A DNA stretch of 64,000 nt from Dictyostelium discoideum (taxonomy: Eukaryota), in NCBI GenBank assembly GCA_000004695.1, contig CM000151.3:4288001-4352000 (forward strand), read 5' to 3'. The translations under genes were made by a program, and so were the position numbers. Positions within the stretch are counted from its first letter, which is position 1. Each line of letters begins with the position of its first letter. Positions 44,352 through 58,462 of the stretch are shown piece by piece. The notes under the pieces were generated by a model that had not been told where the DNA came from, searched no databases, and was given only the letters and a program-made list of their open reading frames with translations.

Positions 44352-45848
44352 TTATAATTCAACAAATCCAATATTTGATGGCTTTGATTCTATACCATTA
44401 TAACTTGTAACAACAATACTATATTTTCCATAAGGTATATTAAACATTTTTGTTATGAATTCTGAATTAATTGATCGTTTAATTTTATATCTTAACCATG
44501 TATTATCTGATCTACTGATATAAACAAAGTATTTGATTTTTTGATTACTTTTTTCACTTTTAAAGGAATTTGATTTAAAAGTGATTGATACATCCATATT
44601 AAAATAATATTGTTTTTCAATTGTACAATTGATAATTTGAGGTGGTAATAATTGTTCAAGTTGATTGGTAAATGATAAATTATAAGTTAAGGAGTAATTT
44701 CCATAATCAAGATTATGGTTTTCAACAATAATATAAACATGTTTACCATTTGCTGTCATTCTTAATTGCCTATTATCATTTGATCTATCAATAATAGTGG
44801 TTAAACTTTGACCATATCTAATATTACAACTTCTCATTGAACTATATTTATAATAATTATAAGCTTTTCTTGATTCTAATAAACATATTGAATAGGTGAA
44901 TGGCATAACTCTATTAGCTATTGGATTTATTGACATTGTAATTTCCGTATTACCCTTAACATCACAAGAATATTGATGATATTGATTAAAATTATTATTA
45001 TTAAAACCATTATCTTTTTTAAAATTACAATAATTATTACAAGGTGAATAATCATCATTTCTTAAAAATTCTAAATATGAGTCTAAAAAGTGTAATTGGT
45101 TTATTGATTTAATTTTTTCAATATTATTTTTCAAATAAATTGTATTGTTAATTGAATGTTTAAAAATTGTATTTGAAACGTATGGGTCTGTTATTCTAAT
45201 AGTATCATTATAATATGAATTTACATATCTACGGTAGGTAAATTTATTTATGTTTTGTTTAACATAATCTAAAAATTTATCATCACCAATTGCAGGTTGG
45301 CCAAATGTTACACATGTAATTGATTTTATATATTTTTCATTAAAACGTTGAATTGAGATATCTAAAGTTGCAAAAAATGCAATTACACCGCCAACTGAAT
45401 GACCAGTAAAATAGATATCATAGGGTTTCTCACATGAATCAATAATGCTATATAATTGAATATATAAATCATAATATTCACCTTGAAAACCATTACGAAC
45501 TTCACCACATCCTTTTGGATCAATATAACAATCAACTTTGAAATAATGGGCATTATCTTCGATATTAATTGAATTGTATTCTTTAAATGAAATTATTAAA
45601 TTATTGGTAATGGATGATTTATATGCTAAAATCTTAGAATTATCCAATACAACCTCCCATTCCAAACAATTGTTTTTATCACCTAAAGAAATAAATTGAT
45701 TTTGTTTAACTGCTAATGGATCATATATTAAATCTGAAAAGTATGCAAAAATATAATCTCCATTTTTACCAATTATTGAACTATTTGATCTTTTAAGATT
45801 TATTAATAAATTTATTATCAATATAAAAACTATTGTTTTAAAAAACAT
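44352..45848 (-). CDS. Secreted class-3 (fungal-type) lipase-like protein with C-terminal Cys-rich region and FN3-like domain, tandem paralog 1 (498 aa).
   Basis: Signal peptide MFFKTIVFILIINLLINL. The Lipase_3 nucleophile elbow is YFTGHSVGGVIAFFATL (GHSxG), followed by CVTFGQPAIGD. The C-terminal tail is YSIVVTSYNGIESKPSNIGFVEL. Intronless. Confidence 0.8.
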   Translation of the reverse strand: MFFKTIVFILIINLLINLKRSNSSIIGKNGDYIFAYFSDLIYDPLAVKQNQFISLGDKNNCLEWEVVLDNSKILAYKSSITNNLIISFKEYNSINIEDNAHYFKVDCYIDPKGCGEVRNGFQGEYYDLYIQLYSIIDSCEKPYDIYFTGHSVGGVIAFFATLDISIQRFNEKYIKSITCVTFGQPAIGDDKFLDYVKQNINKFTYRRYVNSYYNDTIRITDPYVSNTIFKHSINNTIYLKNNIEKIKSINQLHFLDSYLEFLRNDDYSPCNNYCNFKKDNGFNNNNFNQYHQYSCDVKGNTEITMSINPIANRVMPFTYSICLLESRKAYNYYKYSSMRSCNIRYGQSLTTIIDRSNDNRQLRMTANGKHVYIIVENHNLDYGNYSLTYNLSFTNQLEQLLPPQIINCTIEKQYYFNMDVSITFKSNSFKSEKSNQKIKYFVYISRSDNTWLRYKIKRSINSEFITKMFNIPYGKYSIVVTSYNGIESKPSNIGFVEL

Positions 45849-46241
45849 TGTTTATTGACAATTAAAATAACACTTGGGTTTTTTTTTAATTTTATATTTT
45901 GTGTGGTTGTGTGTGTTTATATATTAATTAAAAATAAAAATTAAATAAAATTCTCTGTAAATATCCCTATCAATATTAATTATACAAAATTTTAAATCAG
46001 AAAATCTAAATTTAGATCTTAATTACATTTCTTTTTTAATTAAAAATAATAATTAATGAAAATAAAAAAATAAAAATTTCATCATTTAATTTATTAATAT
46101 TAAGTAATCTTTTAAGTGGTGTTTTTAGAAAATTTAATTAAAAGATTTTTAGTAATTTACTAAATTATCTATTATTTTATTTATTTAAAAATTAATGATT
46201 CAGATTAGTTGTTAAATCATTTTTTTCTTTATAATTATAAT

Positions 46242-47810
46242 TTATTTCAGAGTATTTATAAATGCAATATTGGAGGGTGAAGATTGGATATCATTATATT
46301 CTGAAAAAACAACTATACTATATGCTCCTTTTGGGATATCATCTATAGTTTTTGAAAAGTAATTATTATTTTGGTGTGGTCGAATAATTGTCTCTTTATA
46401 TTTTTTCCAGTTTTGCCCAATATTACTAATGAATATATTATATATTGTATTATTAAAATTGTTGTTATTATTATTATGATCTAAATCATTGATACTAAAA
46501 TTAACTTGTAATTTAATAAGATCGTTTTTTATTTCTAAAATATCAGCTGTTAAATTTGTTGGTGGATTTGGAGTTTGATATGGGCTCTTTATTGAAATAT
46601 TATAAGAAAATGAGGATGTCCCTAAAATTGAGTTATGGTTTTCAACTACAACAATAATTTCATTTAAATTTTTAATTCTTTTTGAAACTGATCTAAAATG
46701 TTCTGTCTTATCTACCATTGTTATTGGTTGTTTATAATCTTTATAGTAATTTAAATTACAACTACTAAATAATGTAAAATCATAGTGTTTAAATTGATTC
46801 CTTGATGTAAATAAACATACAGAGTATTTATCAGGTAGAATACCTTTTGGATTAAATTCACCATTGAAAATACATTCATTTTTAACCATACAATGATATT
46901 CTTTAAATTTTGAAAATTTTGCATTCTTTTCAACAAATTTACAATTAGTATTACATTGTGAATAATTTGGATTAAATGTATTTAATAGGTAAAGATCTGA
47001 TGAATGTAAACCCAATGGAAAATTGGGACAACTGTGTTTTTTACAATTTAAAACAATTATTGATTCATCTGCGACCTTTGGATGATAAACATTAAATATT
47101 GACATTATTTCAACAACAGGATCTTCATGATACTTTTTAAAATCAGATGAACGATGTTTATGATTATTAATATTAACGTATCTTCTATAATTTATTTTTT
47201 TAATTGATGATAAAAACAATTTATTAAATTGTTCATCTCCTACTGCAGGCTGACCAAATGTTATACAATTAATAGATTCAATGTTTTTTAAATCATTTTG
47301 ATAAGAATAATATACTGAAGCTAATAATGCAACAGCACCACCAGCCGAATGACCAGTAAAATAAATATCATATGGTTGGTCTAATGATTTTATTATTGAT
47401 AACATTGTATTTTGATTAAAATAAAATTGATCTTGAAAACCAAAATGAATTTTACCACATTCAATATTCCATGGTTTTAATAAAAAACAAGAAATTAATT
47501 TTAAATCAATATCAGATGCAAAATCTTTAAAATAATGAGTTCCTTGAATTGAAATAACCAAGTTATTCGTATATTTTGATTTAAAAATCATCATTTTATT
47601 TTCATTTACAATTATTTCCCATTCTTCACATTCACCATTAATTTTTATTAATTCAAATTTTGAAAATTCTTTATTATTTGTTTTATATACTAAATTTGAA
47701 AAGTAAGCAAATATATGATCTCCATCTTTATTTATTTTTGAAGATAAAATTAAATTTATAAAAATTAATTTAAATAATATAATTATTAAAAATTTTATTT
47801 TAAAAAACAT
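46242..47810 (-). CDS. Secreted class-3 lipase-like protein, tandem paralog 2 (522 aa).
   Basis: Signal peptide. YFTGHSAGGAVALLASV, CITFGQPAVGDEQF, and a C-terminal FN3-like YSIVVFSEYNDIQSSPSNIAFI. Confidence 0.8.
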   Translation of the reverse strand: MFFKIKFLIIILFKLIFINLILSSKINKDGDHIFAYFSNLVYKTNNKEFSKFELIKINGECEEWEIIVNENKMMIFKSKYTNNLVISIQGTHYFKDFASDIDLKLISCFLLKPWNIECGKIHFGFQDQFYFNQNTMLSIIKSLDQPYDIYFTGHSAGGAVALLASVYYSYQNDLKNIESINCITFGQPAVGDEQFNKLFLSSIKKINYRRYVNINNHKHRSSDFKKYHEDPVVEIMSIFNVYHPKVADESIIVLNCKKHSCPNFPLGLHSSDLYLLNTFNPNYSQCNTNCKFVEKNAKFSKFKEYHCMVKNECIFNGEFNPKGILPDKYSVCLFTSRNQFKHYDFTLFSSCNLNYYKDYKQPITMVDKTEHFRSVSKRIKNLNEIIVVVENHNSILGTSSFSYNISIKSPYQTPNPPTNLTADILEIKNDLIKLQVNFSINDLDHNNNNNNFNNTIYNIFISNIGQNWKKYKETIIRPHQNNNYFSKTIDDIPKGAYSIVVFSEYNDIQSSPSNIAFINTLK

Positions 47811-47942
47811 TTTTAATTTAAATAATTATATAATTTTTTTTTTTTTATTTTTTTTAAATAATTATTTTTATTTTTTTTTTTTTTCTGAACATTTAAAAAT
47901 AATTATTTTTATTCCACGTTTATAAAAAAAAAAGTCTTTTTT

Positions 47943-47976
<34 letters not shown>

Positions 47977-48030
47977 TTAAAAAATAAATAAAAATAAAAT
48001 AACAGATTTAATAATTATTTATTATAAATT

Positions 48031-49566
48031 TCAAATTATTTTATTTTTATTATCTAATCCATTAACAAAACAATAATTAGAAGTTTTGGATTCTATTCCA
48101 TTATCACTTGTAGATACAATACTATAAAGACCATCTTTTTTAAGATTTTTTATAATTTCATTTAATTCTATTTTTGATAATGGTTCAACAAATTCATATT
48201 TAATCCAATCTTTTCCAATTTCACTTAAATAAATATTATATTTCATTGTTGGTTGAATTAATGAAATAGTATTATTTGATTTGAATGAAACTGAAATATC
48301 CATTGAATTTTCATTTGTTGAAATTATTTTACATGTTAAATTATTTGGTGGTTGTGGTACTTGAATTGTACTAATGAATGAAATATTGAAAGCAAGAGTT
48401 GAAGTTGAAAAGAATAAATTATGATTCTCTACAATTATAAATAAATCAGAACCAGAAACAGTCATTTCAAACTCCATTGCATTTGTTGTTTTATCAATTA
48501 AAATATTAGATTTACCACCACAAATATTATTTTGACTATATTCATATTTATTAAAATCATCTTTATTTGTAAAAATACAAACTGAATATTTATCAGTGAA
48601 AAAACCAGAACCTGGATAAAAGTGACCTTTAATTGTCGATTCTGAAGATGATGGACAATGATAAACTTGTTTTTTTGTAATTTTTGGATTTTGGAATAAA
48701 AAATTACAATTTGAATTACATTTTGAATATTTATCATTATAAAGTTTATCTTTATAAAGATCCAAGAAATGTAAACCTAAAGAGTAATTTGGACAATCAT
48801 TATTACAATCTAATAGAATTGGACTATTATTTGGATGTGGTACCGATAAGAAATTCACTACTGGATCTTCAATGGTTTTATTATTATTTAATTGTGCAAT
48901 ATTATTAATATTAATATAACGACGATACTGAAATTTATCTAATTTTAAATTTGCAAATTTATTAAATTCAAAATCACCAATTGAAGGTTGTCCAAAAGTT
49001 ATACAATTAATAGAATGAATTATATTGAGATCTTTATGATTTGTAACATAATCCAATGATGCTAATAATGCAGTTGAACCACCTAATGAATGACCAGTGA
49101 AATAAATATCATATTGTTGATCTAATTTTTTAATTGTTGATAAAAGTAATAAACTAATTTCATTATATTTCTCTTGAAATCCATTACGAATCTTTCCACA
49201 ACCGCCACCTCTACCACTACCACCACCACCCCATAAATCATTATTTACTATTAAATTACAATTTGAATATTTGATATCTAAATCAGCTTTTATATCTTCA
49301 ATACTGCTTGTACCTTTGAATGAAACCACAACAGTATTACTAAATTTTGATTTCCAAATATCCATTCCACTACTATCAATTATAATTTCCCATTCCATAC
49401 ATTTCTCATTCAATTGTAAATATTCATTTCCTGTTATCGGTCCATAAACTGTATCTGAAAAATATGCAAATAAAAAATCACCTTCTTTTTTAATTATTGA
49501 ACAATTTATAATTGCAAGTATAATTAAATTTATAAATAATAATAAAGTTATTTTAAAATTTAACAT
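48031..49566 (-). CDS. Secreted class-3 lipase-like protein, tandem paralog 3 (511 aa).
   Basis: Signal peptide. YFTGHSLGGSTALLASL, CITFGQPSIGDFEF, and a Gly-rich insertion WGGGGSGRGGGCGK before the lipase core. C-terminal YSIVSTSDNGIESKTSNYCFV. Confidence 0.8.
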   Translation of the reverse strand: MLNFKITLLLFINLIILAIINCSIIKKEGDFLFAYFSDTVYGPITGNEYLQLNEKCMEWEIIIDSSGMDIWKSKFSNTVVVSFKGTSSIEDIKADLDIKYSNCNLIVNNDLWGGGGSGRGGGCGKIRNGFQEKYNEISLLLLSTIKKLDQQYDIYFTGHSLGGSTALLASLDYVTNHKDLNIIHSINCITFGQPSIGDFEFNKFANLKLDKFQYRRYININNIAQLNNNKTIEDPVVNFLSVPHPNNSPILLDCNNDCPNYSLGLHFLDLYKDKLYNDKYSKCNSNCNFLFQNPKITKKQVYHCPSSSESTIKGHFYPGSGFFTDKYSVCIFTNKDDFNKYEYSQNNICGGKSNILIDKTTNAMEFEMTVSGSDLFIIVENHNLFFSTSTLAFNISFISTIQVPQPPNNLTCKIISTNENSMDISVSFKSNNTISLIQPTMKYNIYLSEIGKDWIKYEFVEPLSKIELNEIIKNLKKDGLYSIVSTSDNGIESKTSNYCFVNGLDNKNKII

Positions 49567-49790
49567 TTTAAAAAAAACAATTATTAATAGAATATTATTA
49601 AAAATTATAATTGGTAATTAATAAAAAATATTTTATTCTATTTGAAAAAAAAAAAAAAAAAAAAAAAGAAACATTTTTTTCAATACGAATTATTCTTTTT
49701 TTGTTTTATGTAAATAGGTACAATTGTAATTTCTAAATTTTTCTTTTTTATTTTAAATTTTTAATATATTAATATGATAGCTTACATGAA

Positions 49791-49828
<38 letters not shown>

Positions 49829-50138
49829 AATATGGTAATTACTACTTATTTATCATTTATTTAATCTCTATGAATCTAATAAATTTTAAAATAATTACTA
49901 TATCAAAATTTTACACACATCCACAAAAAAAAAAAAAAAAAAAAAAATGAAAAATGAAAAACAGAAATAAAAAAATAAAATAAAATTTTATACAAATAGG
50001 GTTTTGTTACTAAAAAAAAAAAAAATTAAAAAAAAAAAAAATAAAAATAAATTTTAAAAAAATTTAAGGGAGTTGTATAGGGAAATAAAAAAAAAAGTAA
50101 AAAAAAAAGAGGTAACTACTGACCAGTCCTCATAGAAT

Positions 50139-50220
50139 CACTTTTTACCACTTTAATTCCGAAATTATTATGTCTGGATGGACCATTTTTTTTCACTTTT
50201 TACCACTTTAATGGTGAAAT
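50139..50220. repeat. Two direct copies of the ACTTTTTACCACTTTAAT motif, 55 bp apart (50139-50158 and 50194-50214).
   Basis: cactttttaccactttaatt and cactttttaccactttaatgg, read directly. Confidence 0.6.
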
Positions 50221-50682
50221 TTTTTTTATCCGACCAACCTTATCATCCTTTTATTTTTAATTTTCTTTTTTTAATTTTACCATAAAAATATGTTCACATT
50301 TAATTGGAACATATGTATATTTTCCATTTTCCTTAATCAGGTATAATTTTATCAATATCTTGAGTACCAATAGTTTTGAGTCATATTGATTCCTTTTTTT
50401 TTTTATTTTTTTTTTTTAATTATTTTCTTTTTTTTTTTAATTTTTTATTTTTTTATATTTTTGAAATTTTACCCATTATTATATTATATTTAATTATTAT
50501 AATTTATTAATAACTTTATCCTATTTTATTTTATTTTATTTTATTTTACTTTTGTTATTTTTAAAATTTATTATATATTACAATATAATTATATATAAAT
50601 AAAATTTTTTTTATTTTTTTTGGACAAAAAAAAAAAAAAATAAAAAATGTTTTATTAATTTTTAATTAAAAAAAAAAAAAAA

Positions 50683-50785
50683 AGTGCTACTAAATTTTTA
50701 ATTAATTAAAAAAAAAAGTGCTATTAAATTTTTAATTAATAAAAAAAAAAAGTGCTACTAAATTTTTTATTAATTTAAAAATAAA
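50683..50785. repeat. Tandem repeat, 3 x about 34 bp (agtgctactaaatttttaattaattaaaaaaaaa), in the ORF-free gap within the lipase array.
   Basis: Three consecutive copies with 2-3 substitutions, read directly from the sequence. Confidence 0.8.
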
Positions 50786-51160
50786 AAAAATACTCAAAAC
50801 CTTAAATCTAAATCTCACAAATAAATTGTTTAATTAATCAAAAAAAAATAATAATAATAATAAACCTCATACAATAATATTAGTTTGCCAGCAAAAAATT
50901 GTAAAATTAAAAAATAATAAAAATAACAAAATATAAGAGTTTTTTTCTATTTCAAATACAAAAAATATTCTTTAAAATTTTAATTTATTCACTATTTTTC
51001 CAATTATTTTATTAATATATAAAAAAACTAATTTCTTATTTTCATGAGTGGATAGAATAAAAAAATTTAAACTAAATAGATATTAATCAATAGAATATAA
51101 GAATTAAATCTTGATTATTTTATTTGTTTTTTTTAATTTTATTTTCCCAAACATTAATTG

Positions 51161-51192
<32 letters not shown>

Positions 51193-51291
51193 GTTTGTGG
51201 TGGGGGTGATAATAAAAATAATAAATCTATTTTTTTTTTTTCAGATTAAATAATTTTTTTTAATTTTTTATATTTATATATTTAAAATAAT

Positions 51292-52830
51292 TTAAATTAA
51301 TGTTGAATTACCAAAAATGTAAGCAAAATTAGAAGCATGTGATTCAGCTCCATTGTCAGCAGTAACAACAATACTATAAATTCCATTCATCGGAATGTTT
51401 AAAAATTTTGAAACAAATTTAGTTGTTGCAGATTCAATGAATTCAAACTTTGACCATTCTTTACCAATTTCACTTAAATAAACCCTATATATAATTAAAT
51501 TATATAAACTATAAATGTGTTGTGGTAATTGGTGATAGTTAAAAGAGACCATAATACCAATTGTATCATTTTTTAAAGATGACACAGTACAAGATAAATT
51601 TGTTGGTGGTGAAGGTGCAGTAATTGAATTTGTAAATGTGATATTATAAGAGAATGACGAAGTTGCGAATAAATTATTACGATTTTCAACAACCACATAT
51701 AACTCTTTGCCTTGTAATACCTTTTTTTCAAACATAGTTCTATTTGATGTTTTTTTAATTATAATTGAAGTTGCATTTGAATTTGTACCTGATTTCAAAT
51801 TACAATCAGTTGATTGTTTATATTCATATTGATCGAAATCTTGAGCTGAAGTGAATAGACACACAGAATATTTATCAGGCATGATACCTTGTGGATTGAA
51901 TGATCCCTTGATTAAAGACTCCTTATTTATTGGACATTTGTAGGACTGATATTTATAAATATTTGCATTGGATTCTTCAAATTTACAATTTGAACTACAT
52001 TCCGAATAATGTTGATTAAAAACATTACCCAAATATAAATCCATGAAATGTAAACCCAGTGGTACCATTGGACACCTGGTTTTTAAGCAGTCCAACATGA
52101 TGGCATTGGTTGGGTGTGAGAATATTGAATTTGGGATGGGATCTTCTTGAGGTGATAGACCGAGTATGGCCGTTTTACTATTATAATTTACATAACGACG
52201 GTATTGGAATCTTTGGGAGTAAAACATCAAACTGTTGGAAAACTGCTCATCGCCCACAGCCGGTTGACCAAAAGTAACACAGTGGATTGATTTAATGTAT
52301 TTTTGTTTTTGTCTTTGATTCACTGTATAATCATAGGCGGCAATCAATGCCAATGCACCGCCTAGTGAATGACCGGTGAAATAGATATCATATGGTTGAT
52401 CTAGTGATTTAATAATTGATAAGAGGATATCATAAGTTTCGTAATACTCTTGTTGAAATCCATAATGAAGTTTACCACATCCACTTGTAATATTACATGT
52501 TGTTGGTACAATTTTAATATCTGTAATAATATCTGAAAATCCTTGTGTACCTCTAAAAGAAACTATTAAATTATTACTAAATTTCGATTGAAATATCATA
52601 ATTCTACTATGATCTAATATTATTTTCCACTCCATACATTCTCCATTTAATGAAATGTATTTATATTGTTCACTATTGGTATTTGTTGATTTTGGCATAT
52701 AAACAATATCTGATAATAATCCAAATAAATAATCACCATCTTCTTTTATAATTGTTCCATTATTAAAATCTATTAGATAATTTAAAATTAATAAAAATAT
52801 AAATAAAATAATTTTAATTTTAAAAATCAT
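51292..52830 (-). CDS. Secreted class-3 lipase-like protein, tandem paralog 4 (512 aa).
   Basis: Signal peptide. YFTGHSLGGALALIAAY, CVTFGQPAVGDEQF, and a C-terminal YSIVVTADNGAESHASNFAYIFG. Confidence 0.8.
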   Translation of the reverse strand: MIFKIKIILFIFLLILNYLIDFNNGTIIKEDGDYLFGLLSDIVYMPKSTNTNSEQYKYISLNGECMEWKIILDHSRIMIFQSKFSNNLIVSFRGTQGFSDIITDIKIVPTTCNITSGCGKLHYGFQQEYYETYDILLSIIKSLDQPYDIYFTGHSLGGALALIAAYDYTVNQRQKQKYIKSIHCVTFGQPAVGDEQFSNSLMFYSQRFQYRRYVNYNSKTAILGLSPQEDPIPNSIFSHPTNAIMLDCLKTRCPMVPLGLHFMDLYLGNVFNQHYSECSSNCKFEESNANIYKYQSYKCPINKESLIKGSFNPQGIMPDKYSVCLFTSAQDFDQYEYKQSTDCNLKSGTNSNATSIIIKKTSNRTMFEKKVLQGKELYVVVENRNNLFATSSFSYNITFTNSITAPSPPTNLSCTVSSLKNDTIGIMVSFNYHQLPQHIYSLYNLIIYRVYLSEIGKEWSKFEFIESATTKFVSKFLNIPMNGIYSIVVTADNGAESHASNFAYIFGNSTLI

Positions 52831-53855
52831 GATTATTGTAATATTTTTTTTTTAGGTTAATTAATCTATAGATTTTTAAAAATAAAAAATAATAGAATTA
52901 CAATTTATAAAATAAAAAAAAAAAAAAAATTGTTTAAATAAAAAATAAAAATAATTAAAAAAAAAAAAAAAAAAAAAATGATTTAAATTAATAAAATAGT
53001 AGTGTGAGTGTGAATGTTTGAAGATTTTAAGTGGATGTAATTATTTTTTTTATAAAATAATAAGCCCAATTAATGAGATATATATAGAAATAAAAAACTG
53101 AAAATAATTAAACAAAAACAAAAATCAAGATATGTGACATATCAAATTAAAAAATAAATTAAATTTTTTGTTTTACAATTATATATGATAGATATACTAC
53201 TGGTTTTTTGTTTAAAAAAATAAAAAAATAAAAAAAAATAAAAAAAAATAAAAAAGAAAATAAAAAAAAAATAAGAAAAATAAAACTTACCACTATGTGG
53301 GTTAAATAATTTGTGTAAAATAAATTTTTGATAATAAGTTTGTAATTTGAATTATTTTAACTATACCTCTCCAATTGGTAGTTTGGAAATCATTAAATAA
53401 TTATATTATTTTTGTTTTATTTATTTTTTTTTTTATAATTGAACACCGCAAAAAATAATTTGACAACATTTTCAAAAATTAAAAATAACAAGAAATAACA
53501 CTAACTCAATTTATTAATAAAGAATCAATAATAATATTAATACCACCAATTTAATTAAAAAATAAAAAAAAAATAAAAAAAAATAAAAAAAAAATAAAAA
53601 TAAGATTATTATTATAAATGACAAATTAAATTTATTTTAATGATCATAATATTATTTCTTCTTCCTTCAATCTTCTCGATTAATCAAAAAAAAAAAAAAA
53701 AAAAAAAAATTAAAAAAATAAAAATAAATCCATCCAATGTCATACTATAAAAAAAAGAATAAAAATAATTTTAGTAAAATCTTAAAAAATATAAACAACT
53801 TTTTTAATTTTTCAAGAAAATATTTAAATTTGAAGGAAAGTTTTAAACATTCAAT

Positions 53856-54085
<230 letters not shown>

Positions 54086-54174
54086 TCTAGATTTAATTTT
54101 TTTTTTTTTAATTTTTTTTTTTTATTTTTTATTTTTTTATTTTTATTTCCAATTCTTACAAATAATAAATATGA

Positions 54175-56320
<2,146 letters not shown>

Positions 56321-56537
56321 GGTGTTATTATTTTATGTATTTTTAAAAAAAAATAATAATTATTTTTTTTTTTTTTACTATTATAGTGGTAATTATAATA
56401 TAAATTTATTATATATTTATATATATAAAAAATGATAAATTATAAATTCCAACTTTCAGAACACCTTTCCAATGAACAAATTAATTTATGAAAATTGAAA
56501 AAAAAAAAATAAAAATAAAAATAAAAAAAAAAAAAAA

Positions 56538-56576
<39 letters not shown>

Positions 56577-57082
56577 AAAAAAAAAAAAATTAAAAATAAA
56601 AAAAAAAATGAATTCATTTTTTGTTCAAATCGATTATTTAAAAAAAAAAAAAAGATCATGTAAATCTTTTCATTTAACTATAATTAGATAAAATAAAATA
56701 AATACAAATACAAATACAAATACAAACACATATAAAATAAAATAAAATAAAAATAAAAAATAAAACAAAACAACACAAAATTGTAATCACTTTTTTTTAA
56801 AAAAAAAAAAAGTATGGTTTTGGTTGGGGTTGGACTTTAAATTTGATCAAAACCAATGGAAATTGGCAATGATTGAAAACCATAATCATATTTTTTTTTT
56901 TTTTTTTTTCAAATAATTTTTTTTTTTTTAATAATTTTTTTTTTATTTTTTTTTTTTATTTTTTTATTTTTTTATTTTTCTTTTTAATCACAAGTTAAGT
57001 GGTTTAAATTGTAAAAAAAAAAAAAAAAAAAAAAAAATTATATTAAATTCACTTATTTTTAAAAAAAAAAAAAAAAAAAAGA

Positions 57083-58462
57083 ATGAATAAGAATTTTAAA
57101 TTTATTATTTTAATATTTTTAATAGTATCAATTTTATTTATAAATTTAAATAATTGTCAAGATAATGATAATGAAGAGGTTGATATGAATGATAATAGTA
57201 ATAGTGATGTTATAATACTTACAGATTCAAATTTTGAAGATTTGACAACATCAAATCCAAATGAAACTTGGATGGTAGAATTTTATGCACCTTGGTGTTT
57301 TCATTGTAAAAACTTAAAGAAAACATATGACCAATTATCTACAAAATTAAAACAACAAGACCCAAATCTTAAAGTTGCAAAAATAGATTGTGTTGCAAAT
57401 CCAAAACAATGTAAAAGATTCTCAATTAGATCATATCCAACAATTAAAGTGTAAGTATATATATTTTATAATTCTTTGAAAATAATAATAATTAATAATT
57501 AATAATTTTTTTAAAAAAAAAAAATTAGTATAAAAGGAAATTCAGTTTATGATATGAAAGGTGAGAAAACATTAAATAGTTTAAATGAATTTATAAATAA
57601 AGGTTATGAAAAGAGTGTTGATCAAATTAAACAATTACCAGCATCAATTATTCTTAAAGTTGTCGATCTTACAGATAAAACATTCCCATCAGTAAATGAT
57701 GGGTCATGGTTAATTTATTTTCATATTCCAAGATGTATTTATTGTGAAAAATTTATGTCAGAATTTGATGCATTGCCATCAGCAGATTTCTCAAAATCAA
57801 ATGAAAAATTTAATTTTGGAAAAATTAATTGTCAAACTTATAAAGGTAAAAATTAATAATTATTAAAAAAAAAAAAAAAAAAAAATATTTATATTAATAT
57901 TATTTTTTCTTTGATTAAAAGAAATATGTGATTTATATAGAGTAGAATATTTCCCAAACGTTAAATTGTAACTATATATGTTTATTTTAAAAAAAAAAAA
58001 AAAAAAAAAATTAAACCCACTTAATCTCACTTCCTGTCTATATTATTTTAATTTTTTTTTTTTTTTATATTTATATATATATAATATTTGTTATTAATTT
58101 TTTTTTTTTTTTTTTTTAATTTTTAAAATTCAAATAATTATTTTAATAGTTTCGAAAATTCAACAAATTTATATTATAATTTCAATCACGAACCTACTAC
58201 ATCTAATTTAAAAGAGTTTGCAATGTTTTATTATAAACATGTTTCCCCTATAAAGAGACCATGGAATGCAATGTTTTCTTTATTTGAAGAGGCAATTAGA
58301 GAGTTTGTTTGGCTATTCTTATTGGTATCGTTTTTATTTGGTTTCTTTATTTGTTATATTTTTTATGGAATGGTACCACCATCACCACCACCACCACCAC
58401 CACCACCATCAACAATTCAATCTAAAAATCAAATTCAAACTAAAATGAAAAAGTCTGAGTAA
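57083..58462 (+). CDS. Thioredoxin-domain membrane protein (PDI family, TMX-like) with two Trx domains, a C-terminal TM and a KKxx ER-retrieval tail. join(57083..57450, 57529..57845, 58215..58462), about 310 aa.
   Basis: Signal peptide MNKNFKFIILIFLIVSILFINL. Trx domain 1 has WMVEFYAPWCFHCKNL (the WCxHCK active site). Trx domain 2 has WLIYFHIPRCIYCEKF (CxxC). Exon 3 encodes the TM segment FVWLFLLVSFLFGFFICYIFYGMV, a poly-Pro, and a C-terminal ...KMKKSE (di-lysine KKxx). Intron 1 has GTAAGT/ttag. Intron 2 (57846-58214) was chosen by phase; its acceptor is less certain. Confidence 0.7.

Noticed and set aside
56488-56691. Poly-Lys ORF 56488-56691
   Set aside because: Translation of poly(A) in the cdc73 / TMX divergent promoter.
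58266-58448. Poly-His ORF 58266-58448
   Set aside because: Alternate frame of the CCA-repeat (poly-Pro) in the TMX-like third exon.
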